DNA from: Octopus sinensis
Taxonomy: Eukaryota
Length of the DNA stretch: 64,000 nucleotides
Direction: 5' to 3'
NCBI RefSeq assembly: GCF_006345805.1
Contig: NC_043017.1
Span: forward strand, 10,168,001-10,232,000
The notes under the pieces were generated by a model. That model worked only from the letters and a program-made list of their open reading frames with translations, searched no databases and was not told where the DNA came from. Within the stretch, counting starts at the first letter, position 1. Every line of letters starts with the position of its first letter. Below are positions 1 through 11,400 of this stretch, one piece after another. The position numbers and the translations under genes were made by a program.

Positions 1-420
1 AGGTGAAGGAGAAAGAAGGGAAGAATAAAGGATTTGAATTAGAGGAGGGGAGGAAACACAGAAAGAAGGATTAGTGTAAGAGAGAGAAGGAGAGAGAGAG
101 AGGAGGAGAAAGAGGGAAAATTGAAGAAAAAAGAGAAAGATACATTGTATAAAAGAAAAAGAAAGATTAGAATTTAAGAGAGAGCGAGAGCGGGGGGGGG
201 GGGCAAAGAGAAATGAGGAAGAAGGAAAAAGCAGAGAAAAGAGAGAAAGATAGAAAAATAGACCAAATAAAAGAAAGACAAAGAAGGATTAGAGTGAGAA
301 GAAGAGAGAGGGAGAGAGAGAGAGAAAGTAAAACGAGAGAGACGGAGATAAAGAAGGAAAGAAATTAAGGAAGAAAACAGACGACAAGAAATGAAGAAAG
401 GTAAAGAATGAGATTATAAT
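1..420. repeat. GA-rich polypurine low-complexity tract
   Basis: Almost exclusively A/G with (GA)n runs and a G12 run near 191-202. Confidence 0.9.
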
Positions 421-619
421 AGAAGTAAAAATCTCTGTGAATGAAATTCTTAAAAGATATGATATCAGTTTTGGAATCAGAGGAGCAGCACCGAATGTGA
501 TAAATTCTTTATTAAAGATGGGCCCAGCTGTCTAATTTCACAGATTGGTGTTATTTTAGGGGAGTTGAAGATGGACAAATGCTGAGTCTACTCAGAACGG
601 AAACAGATGTTTGGTCTGT

Positions 620-1150
620 GATGGGTAGGATCTCTCTGTCTGTCTCTCTGTGTCTAACAATCCTTCCTCCACCTCCCTCTCTTTATCTATATCTCCCCAT
701 TTTCCTATTTTTTGTTTCTTTCTTATACCTATCTATCAATCTATGTATTCCTCTATCTATCTATCTATCTATCTACCTGCCTGTTTATTTTATTTATTTA
801 TTTATTTTTGTTCTTTTCTCCCCTTTTACGATCCCTCTTGATCGAAAACCTACGCCACCCCTTTTTTTTCTTTTGTTTTTTGTTTTTTTCATCCCCCAAA
901 AGAAAAGCTCTACCTTGTAACTTGTCCCATCTGTGTGCAGCCCTGTGTGGCCAATAAAGAAACTTATCTACCTGCCTGCCTATCTATCTCTCTATATCTC
1001 AGACTATCTCCCTATCTGTCTGTTTGTCCATCCATCCATCCATCCATCAACCCATTAGCCTATCTGTCTACCTATCTTTCGGTCTATTTCCCTATCTCTC
1101 TGTCTATTTATCTCTCTATCGACCGATCTGTCAGTGTGTCTATCTTTTTC
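620..1150. repeat. CT/(CTAT)n degenerate microsatellite
   Basis: Repeated ctat/atcc units; the overlapping 'LSIYLSIY' ORFs are repeat translations. Confidence 0.85.
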
Positions 1151-1228
1151 ATTATTAAAATAAGTTCGAAGTGTTGATAATTTTCTCTTATGACGTCTCA
1201 TAAATACTGATTGTTTGGCTAAACTAAA

Positions 1229-1455
1229 CATCATCATCACCATTTCAATGTCCACTTTCCCATGCTTGCATCGGTCAAATGGAATTTGTTGAGGCAGATA
1301 TTCTACGGCTGGATGCTCTTTCTATCACCAACACTCACTTGTATCCATGCAAGGTAATATTTTTCCAAGGCCTGACATGTTTTTCACAGAAGACTGGAAA
1401 TGAATGAATTTGCTCATTTACAGCCATCATGTGACGTCTAGACAACGTTATCCAC
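1229..1455 (-). mobile_element. RTE-related SINE/3'UTR fragment with (GAT)n tail
   Basis: catcatcatc tail followed by ...ctacggctggatgctcttcct..., similar to other RTE 3'UTR copies in the window; its distal part recurs near 30000-30120. Confidence 0.6.
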
Positions 1456-2204
1456 AACCACATGCACGCACACACACACACACATAAATACATACATGCA
1501 CACATACATATATTTGTGAGTAAATGTCTGACAGTCTGGATAATCTTGGATTTTCCAAAAGCAGAAATCAACCAAATAACTCACACACTGCAAATACAAT
1601 CTGTAAGTGGAACAGTAAAAATATTCAAGACTTTTCCCAAGTTTAAAACGTGATTGTTTTTGTTATCTACATTCCAAAGATGGAGTTTCATATCTTTGTT
1701 AGAATCCAGCTCCTTACTCAAAAGAAGAATCTAAATCATTGAAAACAGAAAAGAACATACATACATACACACAATGGGCTTCCTTCAGTTTCCATTTATT
1801 AAACTTTGGTTGGCCTGGAGCTATAATAGAAGACACTTTCCCAAGGTGCCTTGCAGTGGGATTGAACCCATGGCCTCGGCATTTCCTGTATATACTGTGT
1901 ATAGTTTTATATTATTTACTTTGAAATGTCAAACAGTGTTTCGTGTTTTATTGTTCTCATCTCTTCTTAAAGAAGGCAAAACTAAGATTTATGCAGTCTT
2001 TTTTCTGCATGAATTGCAACTTGGCACCATCGTCTTTTGGAACTGGTTGTATAAACATTGGCAAGAAACCATCAGAATGAAGGAAGGAACCAATTCTTTC
2101 TTCTTTCCGAAGGAAGGGAACAGCAGGACTTCCGACTGAAATTTTGCAATGGTAGAATGAAATAGCACCTGATTGAAAACAACAAGCCATACTACCACTC
2201 ACTT

Positions 2205-2455
2205 TCGAGGTGGCATCAAAAAGTTCCTGGGCTAGTTCTGTAGCACGCCAACAGATGGCAGCACATGGTCACATGTGCAGTGAGAGCTAGCAGTGACCTT
2301 CACGAGGCAGTTTGCTGAGTGACATCAATATGTTTACTTGACGAGTTGTGAAATTTGTTTTTGTCGTCACGTGTGTCTGCTGTAGTCTGTGGTTTTTGTC
2401 ATGGACAGGAAGTTGGAACAAAGAGCCAACATGAGATTTTGCATTAAATTTGGTA
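2205..2455 (+). mobile_element. mariner transposon 5' end (TIR plus transposase start)
   Basis: TIR-like cgaggtggcatcaaaaagttcc; ATG at 2401 reads MDRKLEQRANMRFCIKFG, a typical mariner transposase N-terminus. Confidence 0.75.
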
Positions 2456-2599
2456 CCTTGTCACCAACAGGTTTAAATGAATATTTTTCTTTCTATTCCT
2501 ACACCTCTTCTTAATTCAATAATCCCTTTCTTATCTTTCAACTTCATTATATGTATGTGTATGTATAACACTAGCTTTAGTGGATTTATATGGCCCTTA

Positions 2600-3150
2600 A
2601 AAGATAAAAACACTAAATTTGATACCAAATAAGAAATAATAGGCAGGGCATTGCCCTATGAAATTGGGAGTAGAAAATGTAACCTGCTTGGAAGAAATCT
2701 TCCATATTTTTACCTCAAGACACCAACTATTGAATAATAGAAGAGAATTAACCCCAAAATGCCTGCATTAACCCAGAAAAGTGTTCAAATATTTCTCTAA
2801 TAAAGATTCTTAATGAGGTATTACTAACATAAAGGATATTTAGAATTTACTTGGACAAAGTTTGTAGATTTACTATCGTTAGCCTTTAATAATTTAGAAG
2901 CAATTTCCACCCTACTTCACTTTTAATTGGTTATTTCTTTGCGTTCAGTTCATAACACTCTTAAATTCCCCCTAAAATATTCACTCCTCATTAAAGTTCT
3001 TTATATCATTATTATAGTCCGGAGGAAATTTATACACTGACTTAGTTTGGACATCTCTGATTACTAACTGTCTCTCTTGTATTTAGATATTTCCTATATA
3101 GACTGTTTACTAAAATATTTAGTAGGACATTACTTGCTTAAAGGTATACA
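2600..3150. mobile_element. highly degenerate Penelope-like remnants
   Basis: Minus strand reads DVQTKSVYKFPPDYNNDIKNF, resembling the PLE RT N-terminal 'DKT.NIYK.PP..Y'; plus strand has CPMK...CLEE resembling the pre-GIY-YIG Cys motif. Many stops. Confidence 0.3.
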
Positions 3151-3198
3151 AATGAATTACCAAGACTATAATTATAAATGTACACTAGTAAGATTTTA

Positions 3199-3408
3199 GC
3201 TGGCAGAAATCTTAACACGCTGGGCGAAATGCTTAGCAGTATTTCGTCTGTTTTTACGTTCTGAGTTCAAATTCCTCCAAGGTCGACTTTGCCTTTCATC
3301 CTTTTGAGGCTGATAAATTAAGAACCAGTTGCATACTGGGGTCGATCTAATCAACTGGCCCCCTCCCCCAAAATTTCGAGCCTTGTGCCTAGAGTAGAAA
3401 AGAATAGT
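3199..3408 (+). mobile_element. SINE family A (gctggcagaa...gagttcaaattcc head)
   Basis: Same head and body recur at 3472-3873, 7954-8183, 8750-8942, 10660-10850, 18812-19028, 60608-60820 and 61318-61535; B-box-like GAGTTCAAATTCC. Confidence 0.85.
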
Positions 3409-3471
3409 TAGATTTTAGCTATTGTAATGCGAACTCCATCCCTGTTGACCAGCTACTGCTCTATTTATAAT

Positions 3472-3873
3472 TATTTCTTTATTGCCCACAGGGGGCTAAA
3501 CATAGAGGGGACAAATAAGGACAAAGGAATTAAGTCGATTACATCAATCTCAGTGTGTAACTGGTACTTATTTAATCGACCTTGAAAGGATGAAAGGCAA
3601 AGTCAACCTCGGCGGAATTTGAACTCAGAACGTAAAGACAGACGAAATACCTATTTCTTTACTACCCACAAAGAGCTAAACACAGAGGGGACAAACAAGG
3701 ACAGATACATGGATTAAGTCGATTATATCGACCCCAGTGCGTAACTGGTACTTATTTAATCGACCCCGAAAGGTTGAAAGGCAAAGTTGACCTTGGCAGA
3801 ATTTGAACTCAGAACATAACGGCAGACAAAATACCATTAAGTATTTTGCCTGGCGTGCTAACATTTCTGCCAG
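3472..3873 (-). mobile_element. SINE family A dimer (head-body-body) with 13-bp TSD
   Basis: Two bodies joined at gaaatacc|tatttc (~3650); CTCTATTTATAAT at 3459-3471 and 3874-3886. Confidence 0.85.
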
Positions 3874-4039
3874 CTCTATTTATAATGGTTGGTTACTACC
3901 ACTTTTGACCGGGAGGGGTGTATAGTTTCACTATACAACAGTTTTTCGATTAGCACAGGAGAGACATGGTACTATTGTGATGGAATGGACACCAAAAGGA
4001 AAAAACGGCAGGGAAGACCAAGGAAGACATAGCATAGTG

Positions 4040-4530
4040 CACTGAAGAGTGACCATCATGTAACAATCCAGGAAGTTGCTTACAAAGCGGGAACAAGCAC
4101 TGGATCAGAGCATTCCATTCTAACGGATGATTTGTGCATGTGGGGGGGTGTTGGTAAAGTTTGTTCCCAAGGTGCTGACAGAGTGGCAGAAGCAGCTCCA
4201 CAAGGAAATTGCCCAGGATGTACTGGACTGTGCAAACCACTGCCCAGACTTCATGAAAATCATCATCACTAGTGATGAAACATGGGTTCATGGTCTCTGC
4301 TCAATGCGTTTGGTCAGCTTGCATGAAGACAAAAATTCAACAAGCGTGCAATGCATGCCTGTGCTCCTGGCATGACAACCAGGAACTGATGTGGCCTACA
4401 AGTGCAAACATTTTAGCATATACACAAGAAGGGTGGCGTCACCATCAACCCAAAGGATTTTGCCCACGTGACATTAGTTTTGGTAGGAAAAGAAAAAGAT
4501 AAAGTTGGATACTTTTTGAATGAACTACAA
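4040..4530 (+). mobile_element. mariner transposase fragment and 3' TIR remnant
   Basis: Frameshifted ...KFVPKVLTEWQKQL...FMKIIITSDETWVHG (WVPHEL-like motif and first catalytic D); actttttgaa near 4511 is the reverse complement of the 5' TIR core. Preceded by a short RTE C-terminal scrap (WTPKGKKRQGRPRKT, ~3980-4030). Confidence 0.8.
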
Positions 4531-5019
4531 ATATCAAAGAATTTTTATACAATTTTTTTCCTATTATTACTATAGCATTTATTGTACCAGAAAAGGCAGT
4601 GGTAAAAGTGGTTTAGGTAGTAGTAGTGGAGGAGGATGGTAGTGGTGGTGGTGGAAGCCAGATGCAGTTGTGGTAAAGGTGACTATGGCTGTTGTTGTTT
4701 AGCCCTAGGTTAATCCTGGTCAAGTAGACCTATGATAATAGTCATTCCAGCTGTGACCATCCTGTTGTCATCCTATGTCAAGGAAACTCTGGATTACGTT
4801 ATAAATCATGTTCGTCTCCTAAGACACTTTGATGTGATTTGAGGGAAATTTGGCAGCTATTTCTAGCAGATTGTTTGACTTCATAGTGGATCTATGGTTG
4901 GCTTTGGTGACTGTTGGAAGGTGAAGGTTACTGGTGGTGGTGGTGGTGGAAGTGATGAGTGTGGTGGTGGTGGATGTGGATGGTATTGGAGGGTTCTGGT
5001 GATGGTAGCAAATGCTGTT

Positions 5020-5408
5020 GCTGTTTGTTTGTTGAGCGATGCGGTCTTTGTCCTAGAGCTCGCAAGCTGTAGTGGGAGAAGTCCGAAATGTGGTCCTTTG
5101 CTATTCGTAAGCACCTGCAGAAGAGAAAGCAGGTCAACCCCCAACACCGAGAGCATCGATGGATAGATGAATGCGCATCCAGGCTCAGCGGTTGCGTAGG
5201 AATTCGGGGACAAGAAACAGGAAGAAAGAGTGAGAGAAAGTTGGAGCGAAAGAGTACAACAGGGGTCGCCACCACCCCCTGCCAGAGCCTCGTGGAGCTT
5301 TAGGTGTTTTCGCTCGATAAACACACACAACGCCCGGTCTGGGAATCGAAACCGCGATCCTCTGACTGCGAGTCTGCTGCCCTAACCATTGGGCCATTGC
5401 ACCTCCAC
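5020..5408 (-). mobile_element. tRNA-headed SINE (family C variant), CpG-rich, with (AAC)n-like tail
   Basis: Head with ggtttcgattcc B-box and gagcgaaaacacctaaagctccacgaggctc shared with 57955-58260; ends in caacaaacaaacagcaacag. Confidence 0.75.
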
Positions 5409-5409
5409 T

Positions 5410-6000
5410 GATGTTGCTGTTGGGGGTGGTGGTGATGGTAGAGACACTACCAATAATAGCAGTGGTCATAGTTGGAAGGGAATGGTAGGGATGGTAGAGG
5501 TTAGCAAAGCTTGCAGTGGTGGTAGTCATGGATGGTAGATGAAAATGGTGGCGAAGGTAGTGAGGGTAACGATGCTGATAGTGATAGTTGTGGTGATGGT
5601 ATTGGTGGTAGATGGTTGATAGTGCTATGATGATGATGGCAATATGTGAATATTTATGATTGTGATGGTGATGATGGTGGTGGTGATGGTAGCAGTGGAG
5701 GTGGTGATAGTGGTAGTAATGGTGGTGGTAGTGTTATTATTTATGACAGCAGTGGTGTGTTGTGGTGGTAGTGGTAATGGCAGAGGTGGTGATGGTAATT
5801 GTGGTGGTAGTAGTAGTGGTGATGGTAGTAGTGGTGGTGGTTGTGGTGTTGGTGGCAATGGAAGTGAAGGTGGTAGCAGCAGCAGCAGTGGTGGTGGTCA
5901 TGGTGTTGGATGATGATGATGATGGCAATATTGCTGGTGATGGTTATGACAGCATTGGTAATAGCAATAGAAGTGGTGGTCGTGGCGGTGGAGGGGGAAC
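5410..6000. repeat. degenerate (GGT)n/(GAT)n trinucleotide tract
   Basis: ggt/gat/agt triplet runs giving poly-Val/Thr/His ORFs on both strands. Confidence 0.85.
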
Positions 6001-6219
6001 AAGCCGGCAGAACACAAGGAACTGCATTCAGCAAAGAGAAATAATGGTGTACAATAGATGAATGGATGGCTTTATCTGCCTTGGTGCATTATGGGAGAAA
6101 AGGTTATGGGGTCGGAGGGGAGGTCGGTAGGGAGGGAGATAAGGAAATGAGTAGAGAGAAACAGAGGGAGAGAGGGAGGGAGGAAGAGAAGAAGGGGAAA
6201 GAAGGTGAAAGACAACATA

Positions 6220-6347
6220 AAGATATATATATGTGTACGATATATATATATACATATATATATGTGTATGTATATATATATATATATATATACATATATA
6301 TATGTGTATGATATATATATATATATATATACATATATATATGTGTA

Positions 6348-6386
<39 letters not shown>

Positions 6387-6475
6387 ATTATATGTACACA
6401 TACATACAATATCTGCATGTGAATATACATATATGAATGTATGTCTGTATGTATATATCTATGTATTTATGTATG

Positions 6476-6511
<36 letters not shown>

Positions 6512-6920
6512 CACACACATGTATATGTGTGTATATATATGCATATACACACATGTATATATATATACATATATATATATGTGTGCGTATATGTGTGCAT
6601 ATATGCACACACATTATGTATGTATACACATACACTTATATGATTCTTTCTGTTTACCTCCACATGCATAAAACTCATAAACATTATCTATTTCTTAATA
6701 ACAACCGTTCCCTCATTATAACTGCGTGTGCATTTGAGTGCATGTGTGTGTGCATGAATTAGCACGTGTATCCATGTGCATAAATATAAAGAAAGATATA
6801 GAAGGAAAGAGAAATATATACATACACCTCACCACATGTACACGCAACATATATGTATGTATGCATGTGTGTGTATATATATATATATATGTATACACAC
6901 ACACTGCGTGTGTGTATGTA
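6220..6920. repeat. (TA)n/(TG)n compound microsatellite
   Basis: Direct inspection; includes a repeated gtgtatg-(at)n-acatatatatat sub-unit at 6260-6390. Confidence 0.9.
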
Positions 6921-7430
6921 GGCATTTTTAACCTTATAAAACTATGGTTTTGTACCAGGAAAGTCATGCTTTGGTAGCAGAGTAGTGTCTGCTGTGATTC
7001 ACCCAGAAGTGGCAACCCTGGGTGCAGTGACTGCACTAGAAGGCACTCCGTGGTGGTCTTGACCTGGTGCTGAAAAAATACATCACACACAACCCAATGC
7101 ACTGCCACTAATGAAGTCCCATGTTTGGACATAAATGTAAATACATGCCTACCAGATAATTCCTGCTATGTGGAAACCATAATTTATGTGACAGAGGTTA
7201 AACTTGATAGTTAACTTTACAGAACTCAAGCTAAAAGTGTCATGGAACAGCAACACAAAGGGAAATTTAAGTAAATATCTTATGATCATATAACCTCCTT
7301 TAGATATATAGAAAAATATAGAAAAAAAAGAACATGACAAAGTTAGTAAACTTTTGGAATTTAAAAGAAAAAATTTCAGGCTTCAGAATTTATTAGAAAA
7401 TTATGCAAAATATCTAAAAAAAAAGGGTAA

Positions 7431-7755
7431 AGACCCCTTTAGTCATGAATGACCATGGGACTGCACGTAGAAAGTTTCTCTTTGAGGCACAAATCTAGGC
7501 AAGGTTGCTTCTGGAGGACCAGCAGTCGCCCATGCATACTAGCCTCTCCTTTCCACATCACCGATGTTATCCAAGGGAAAGGCAAAGGGGTCGATACAAC
7601 TTGGCACCAGTGATGTTGCAACTCATTTCTACAGCTGAGTGAACTGGAACAACGTGGAATAAAGTGTCTTGCTCAAGAATACAACACACAGCCTGGTCTA
7701 GGAAATGAACTCACTGCCTCATGATTGTGAGCCTGACACACTAATCACTAAGCCA
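7431..7755 (-). mobile_element. tRNA-headed SINE family C
   Basis: Reverse complement of 42401-42733: tRNA-like head, gagcaagacacttta...ccagttcactcagctgta core, cccatggtcattcatgac tail. Confidence 0.85.
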
Positions 7756-7953
7756 GGGAAAAATATCTAATCTGTCCCAAAAATTATAAATAGAAATTGT
7801 GAACTGTTCATATCAGAAAAAAATACTCCTTTGCAATCTGTGCAACTTAGGACCTCTGTTTAAACACCAGGTCAGAAATAAATAAAAAAACATACAGTAA
7901 CTTCAAGAAGTACATTTTTAATCATGTGAATCACTGAAATTATATATAATACC

Positions 7954-8183
7954 TATTTCTTTACTACCCACAAGGGGCTAAACACAGAGAGGACAAACAA
8001 GGACAAACAGATTAAGTCGATTATATCGATCCCAGTGCGTAACTGGTACTTATTTAATCGACCCCGAAAGGATGAAAAGCAAAGTCAACCTCGGCAGAAT
8101 TTGAACTCAGAACGTAACTGCAGACGAAATACGGCTACGCATTTCGCCCGGCGTGCTAACGTTTCTGCCAGCTCGCAGAAACG
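7954..8183 (-). mobile_element. SINE family A, full length, 14-bp TSD
   Basis: TTATATATAATACC at 7940-7953 and 8184-8197. Confidence 0.9.
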
Positions 8184-8749
8184 TTATATATAATACCATG
8201 GATCATAACTCTAATGTCATTATTCTACAGCTAAATGTATTTCATACATATAGATATTATACATTATTAATATTATAATGACTTTGAAATAATAACAATG
8301 ACGATGATGACAATAATGGTGGTGGTGGTTGTAGTAGTGGTATTGGTGCTAGTAATGTTGATGTGGATGATAGTAGTGGTGATGATAATGATGAAGGCGT
8401 CTACAAAATCAAAGTTGAAAAAATAAAACCAAAATGAAGGGATGTTAATTAATCATTATTAATTCAATGTAGTGTTTCATTTTAAAATGTCACTGTTGTT
8501 GTTGTTTAGCCCTGGGCCAATCCTGATCAAACCGACCTATGATCAATGATTTCCAAGCTGTGAGCATCAAGTCTGTTTTATTTTTATTATTTGTCTCATT
8601 CTCTCTTTCTTTCCAACAAGGGTAGCTTTATACCTCCTCCCCTGCAAGACACCTGCTTCCATCTCTCTTATCATACTCTAACCGCTCCCCACCCAGCACA
8701 AAGCCTACTCCCTCAATACTGCTGCACCCTCAAAAGTTGTGCACTCTGC

Positions 8750-8942
8750 AAAGTTAGCGGTATTTCGACTGCCGTTACGTTGTGAGTTCAAATTCCACCG
8801 AGGTCGACTTTACCTTTCATCCTTTCGGGGTCGATAAATTAAGTACCAGTTACGCACTGGGGTCGGTGTAATCAACTTAATACCTATGCCTGTCCTTGTT
8901 TGTCCCCTCTATGTTTAGCCCCTTCTGGGTAATTAAGAAATA
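8750..8942 (+). mobile_element. SINE family A, 5'-truncated
   Basis: gttagcggtatttcg...aagaaatag, matching the family. Confidence 0.85.
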
Positions 8943-9321
8943 GGTATCAAGAAGGATACACAGCTGTAGAAACAATGGGTTTGGCACAGTCCTCTGGCTT
9001 ACCAGCTCCTCTCACACCAGCCAACCCATGCCAAATGGTTGTGTGGTAAGAAACTTGCTTCCCAGCCACATGGTTCTGGGTTCAGTCCCACTGAGTGACA
9101 CTTTGGACAAATGTCTTCTACTGTAGCCTCGGGCTAACCAAAACCTTGTGAGTGGATTTGGTAGATGGAAACTGAAAGCTCGTTGTATATATATATATAT
9201 ATATATTGATATATATTGTTTATATTGTATTATTGTGTATATATATATGTGTAGAATTATGAGTGTCTATGCACACATATTTATATTTATATGTAAATTT
9301 TTTTCATACTTACATTAAATT

Positions 9322-9430
9322 CTCTGAAGAGGCCATGAGACATTCTTGTTAATGTCTCATTTATACCTGCTTTATATGGCTAATAGGTTAAATGGGACAC
9401 ACCTGTCTTCACGGCCGAAACAGCTGTCAG
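9322..9430 (+). ncRNA. type I minimal hammerhead ribozyme motif, copy 1
   Basis: CTGAAGA 9324-9330, stem II GGCC 9331-9334 / GGCC 9413-9416, GAAA 9417-9420, palindromic ACAGCTGT stem III, GUC site at 9428. Stem I only 2 bp. Confidence 0.6.
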
Positions 9431-9733
9431 CTACAATGTAAATGTATTTTCTATTTCTATTTCTGTCTTGTTATATTTGTAATATATTATGTATAATGTC
9501 ATTGCTGTTGTGTAATGGTTTAATAAAGTATTAATTGGGTATTATCTGATGGTTGATGATTGATTTAGGTATGTTTCTCCATTTTCTCATTTTGTATATA
9601 CATATATATATATTATATTGATATATATTGTTTATATTGTATTATTGTGTATATATATATGTGTAGAATTATGAGTGTCTATGCACACATATTTATATTT
9701 ATATGTAAATTTTTTTCATACTTACATTAAATT

Positions 9734-9842
9734 CTCTGAAGAGGCCATGAGACATTCTTGTTAATGTCTCATTTATACCTGCTTTATATGGCTAATAGGT
9801 TAAATGGGACACACCTGTCTTCACGGCCGAAACAGCTGTCAG
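9734..9842 (+). ncRNA. type I minimal hammerhead ribozyme motif, copy 2
   Basis: Identical to copy 1 shifted by 412; predicted cleavage after C9840. Confidence 0.6.
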
Positions 9843-10261
9843 CTACAATGTAAATGTATTTTCTATTTCTATTTCTGTCTTGTTATATTTGTAATATATT
9901 ATGTATAATGTCATTGCTGTTGTGTAATGGTTTAATAAAGTATTAATTGGGTATTATCTGATGGTTGATGATTGATTTAGGTATGTTTCTCCATTTTCTC
10001 ATTTTGTATATACATATATATATATTTATATTTATATGTGTGTGTTTGTCTCTGCCCCATCATTGCTTGACAGTCAATGTTAATGTGTTTATGTCCCTGT
10101 AACTTAGCGGTTCGGCAAAAGAGACTGACAGAATAAGTACTAGGCTTACAAAGTCCTGGGGTTGGATTTGTTCGACTAAAGGTGGTGCTCCAGCATGGCT
10201 GAAGTCAAATGACTGAAGCAAGTAAAAGAATAAAAGAACATATACATGGTTTTATGTTTTA

Positions 10262-10530
10262 TCTCTTACTTGTTTCAGTCATTAGACTGCGACCATGCTG
10301 GAGTACCACCTTGAAGAATTTTAGATGGACGAATTGAACCCAGGACTTAGCTTCTTTGTAAGCTTGGTACTTATTCTATGTTTCTTTTGCTGAACCACTA
10401 AGTTATAGGGATGTAAACACACCAACACCGGTTGTGAAGTGGTGGTGGGAAACAAGCAAAAACACACACACCAGGCTTCTTTCAGTTTCTATCTACCAAA
10501 TCCATTCACAAGGCTTTGGTTGGCCCTTGA
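10262..10530 (-). mobile_element. SINE family B
   Basis: cttacttgtttcagtcatt...ccatgctggag..., reverse complement of the family B arm. Confidence 0.85.
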
Positions 10531-10659
10531 ATAAAGGTTGTTTAAGTATGTTGAATGAAGCACCCATGCTTCCATTGGTGAATTATTCAAATCCCAAAGA
10601 ATTCCTCCTTACACATGGCTATGACGCTCCCCCACTGGTTATTATTATTATTATGTGGT

Positions 10660-10850
10660 GAGCTGGTAGAATTGTTAGCATGCCAGGCAAAATGCTTAGC
10701 GATATTTCGTCTGTTGCTACATTCTGAGTTCAAATTCTGCTGAGGTCCACTTTGCCTTTCACCCTTTCAAGGTTATGCACTGGAGTTGATGTAATTGACT
10801 TAATCGTTTCTCCCCAAATTTCAGGCCTTGTGCCTATAGTAGAAAGGATT
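10660..10850 (+). mobile_element. SINE family A
   Basis: gagctggtagaattgttagc...gagttcaaattc...agtagaaaggatt. Confidence 0.8.
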
Positions 10851-10865
10851 ATTATTATCATTATT

Positions 10866-11400
10866 CAGTAGATTAATTTTTATTACATGCTTTCACTGCA
10901 CTACCGAGTGCAGCTCTGCATGCCTGGGGTATGTGCTGTGGTTTGGTGTGATGCTCTTATTTTTACTGTATTGTAAGTGTTTTACGTAGGATGTGTGCGG
11001 TGCCTAGTGGTGCTGTTTTTGGCAAGTTATATATACTTGTAAGTCTTGGTGTTTTTGCTATGTATTTGCCTGAATATTTTTTTTATCATACCTAATGTGC
11101 CTATTACTATTGTTTCCGTTTTTAGGCTCCACATCCAGGTTATCTCTATTTCGAGATCTTTGTATTTTGAGAGTCTCTGTTTCTTTTAGAGATGTATTGA
11201 CATCTATTCGAATTGATGCATCGATTTTTTTTCTTGGTGATCTCTCACAGCTATACCTGGTCTATTAGCCTTGATTGCTCTATCTGTATTTATTGGTAAA
11301 TCCTAGAGTATGATTGCCTTGTCATTTTCTGGGACCTTTTCTGGATTGTGCCTATACCATCTTTTTTCTGCTGTCATTCCATAATGTTGGCATAGCTTCC
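10866..11400 (-). mobile_element. R4/Dong-type non-LTR retrotransposon 3' end (restriction-like endonuclease domain)
   Basis: Decayed KLCQHYG..RWYRHNPEKV..DLPINTDRAIKANRPGI..LSKYKDLEIEI..GTLGMIKK..PLGTAHILRK*; 3' end abuts a (TTA)n/(TAA)n tract, consistent with known Dong targeting of TAA repeats. Confidence 0.8.

Larger units (their letters stand above)
9201..10020 (+). mobile_element. exact 412-bp tandem duplication of a Penelope-like terminal repeat
   Basis: 9206 onward and 9618 onward are identical by eye with period 412; each unit holds a hammerhead motif. Confidence 0.8.
9035..10240 (+). mobile_element. bipartite SINE family B interrupted in its internal (TA)n linker
   Basis: Head (gtgtggtaag...gggttcagtcccact...ggaaactgaaag) 9035-9185 and second arm (gtaacttagcggttcggcaaaagagac...gtcaaatgactga) 10030-10240; compare intact copies 19507-19900 and 59858-60265. 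Confidence 0.8.

Noticed and set aside
1957-2200. Possible decayed PIF1/Helitron helicase motif (SFG...ILM..Q..QPVPK)
   Set aside because: Requires several frameshifts and lacks an intact GDFxQ motif; not supportable by eye.
4928-5114. Apparent terminal exon (strong acceptor ctttctcttctgcAG, frame CLRIAKDHISDFSHY...HHHHHQ*)
   Set aside because: It is continuous with the CpG-rich SINE starting at 5408 and ends in an (AAC)n-like SINE tail; the His run comes from a flanking (ACC)n repeat. Exonisation cannot be excluded without RNA data.
5088-5303. AIRKHL match to ribosomal protein S13
   Set aside because: Similarity limited to six residues; lies antisense within a SINE.
7153-7297. Possible minus-strand exon GGYMIIRYLLKF...AGIIW with AG/GT ends
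   Set aside because: AT-rich, unrecognisable peptide, non-optimal AAG acceptor and no supported partner exon.
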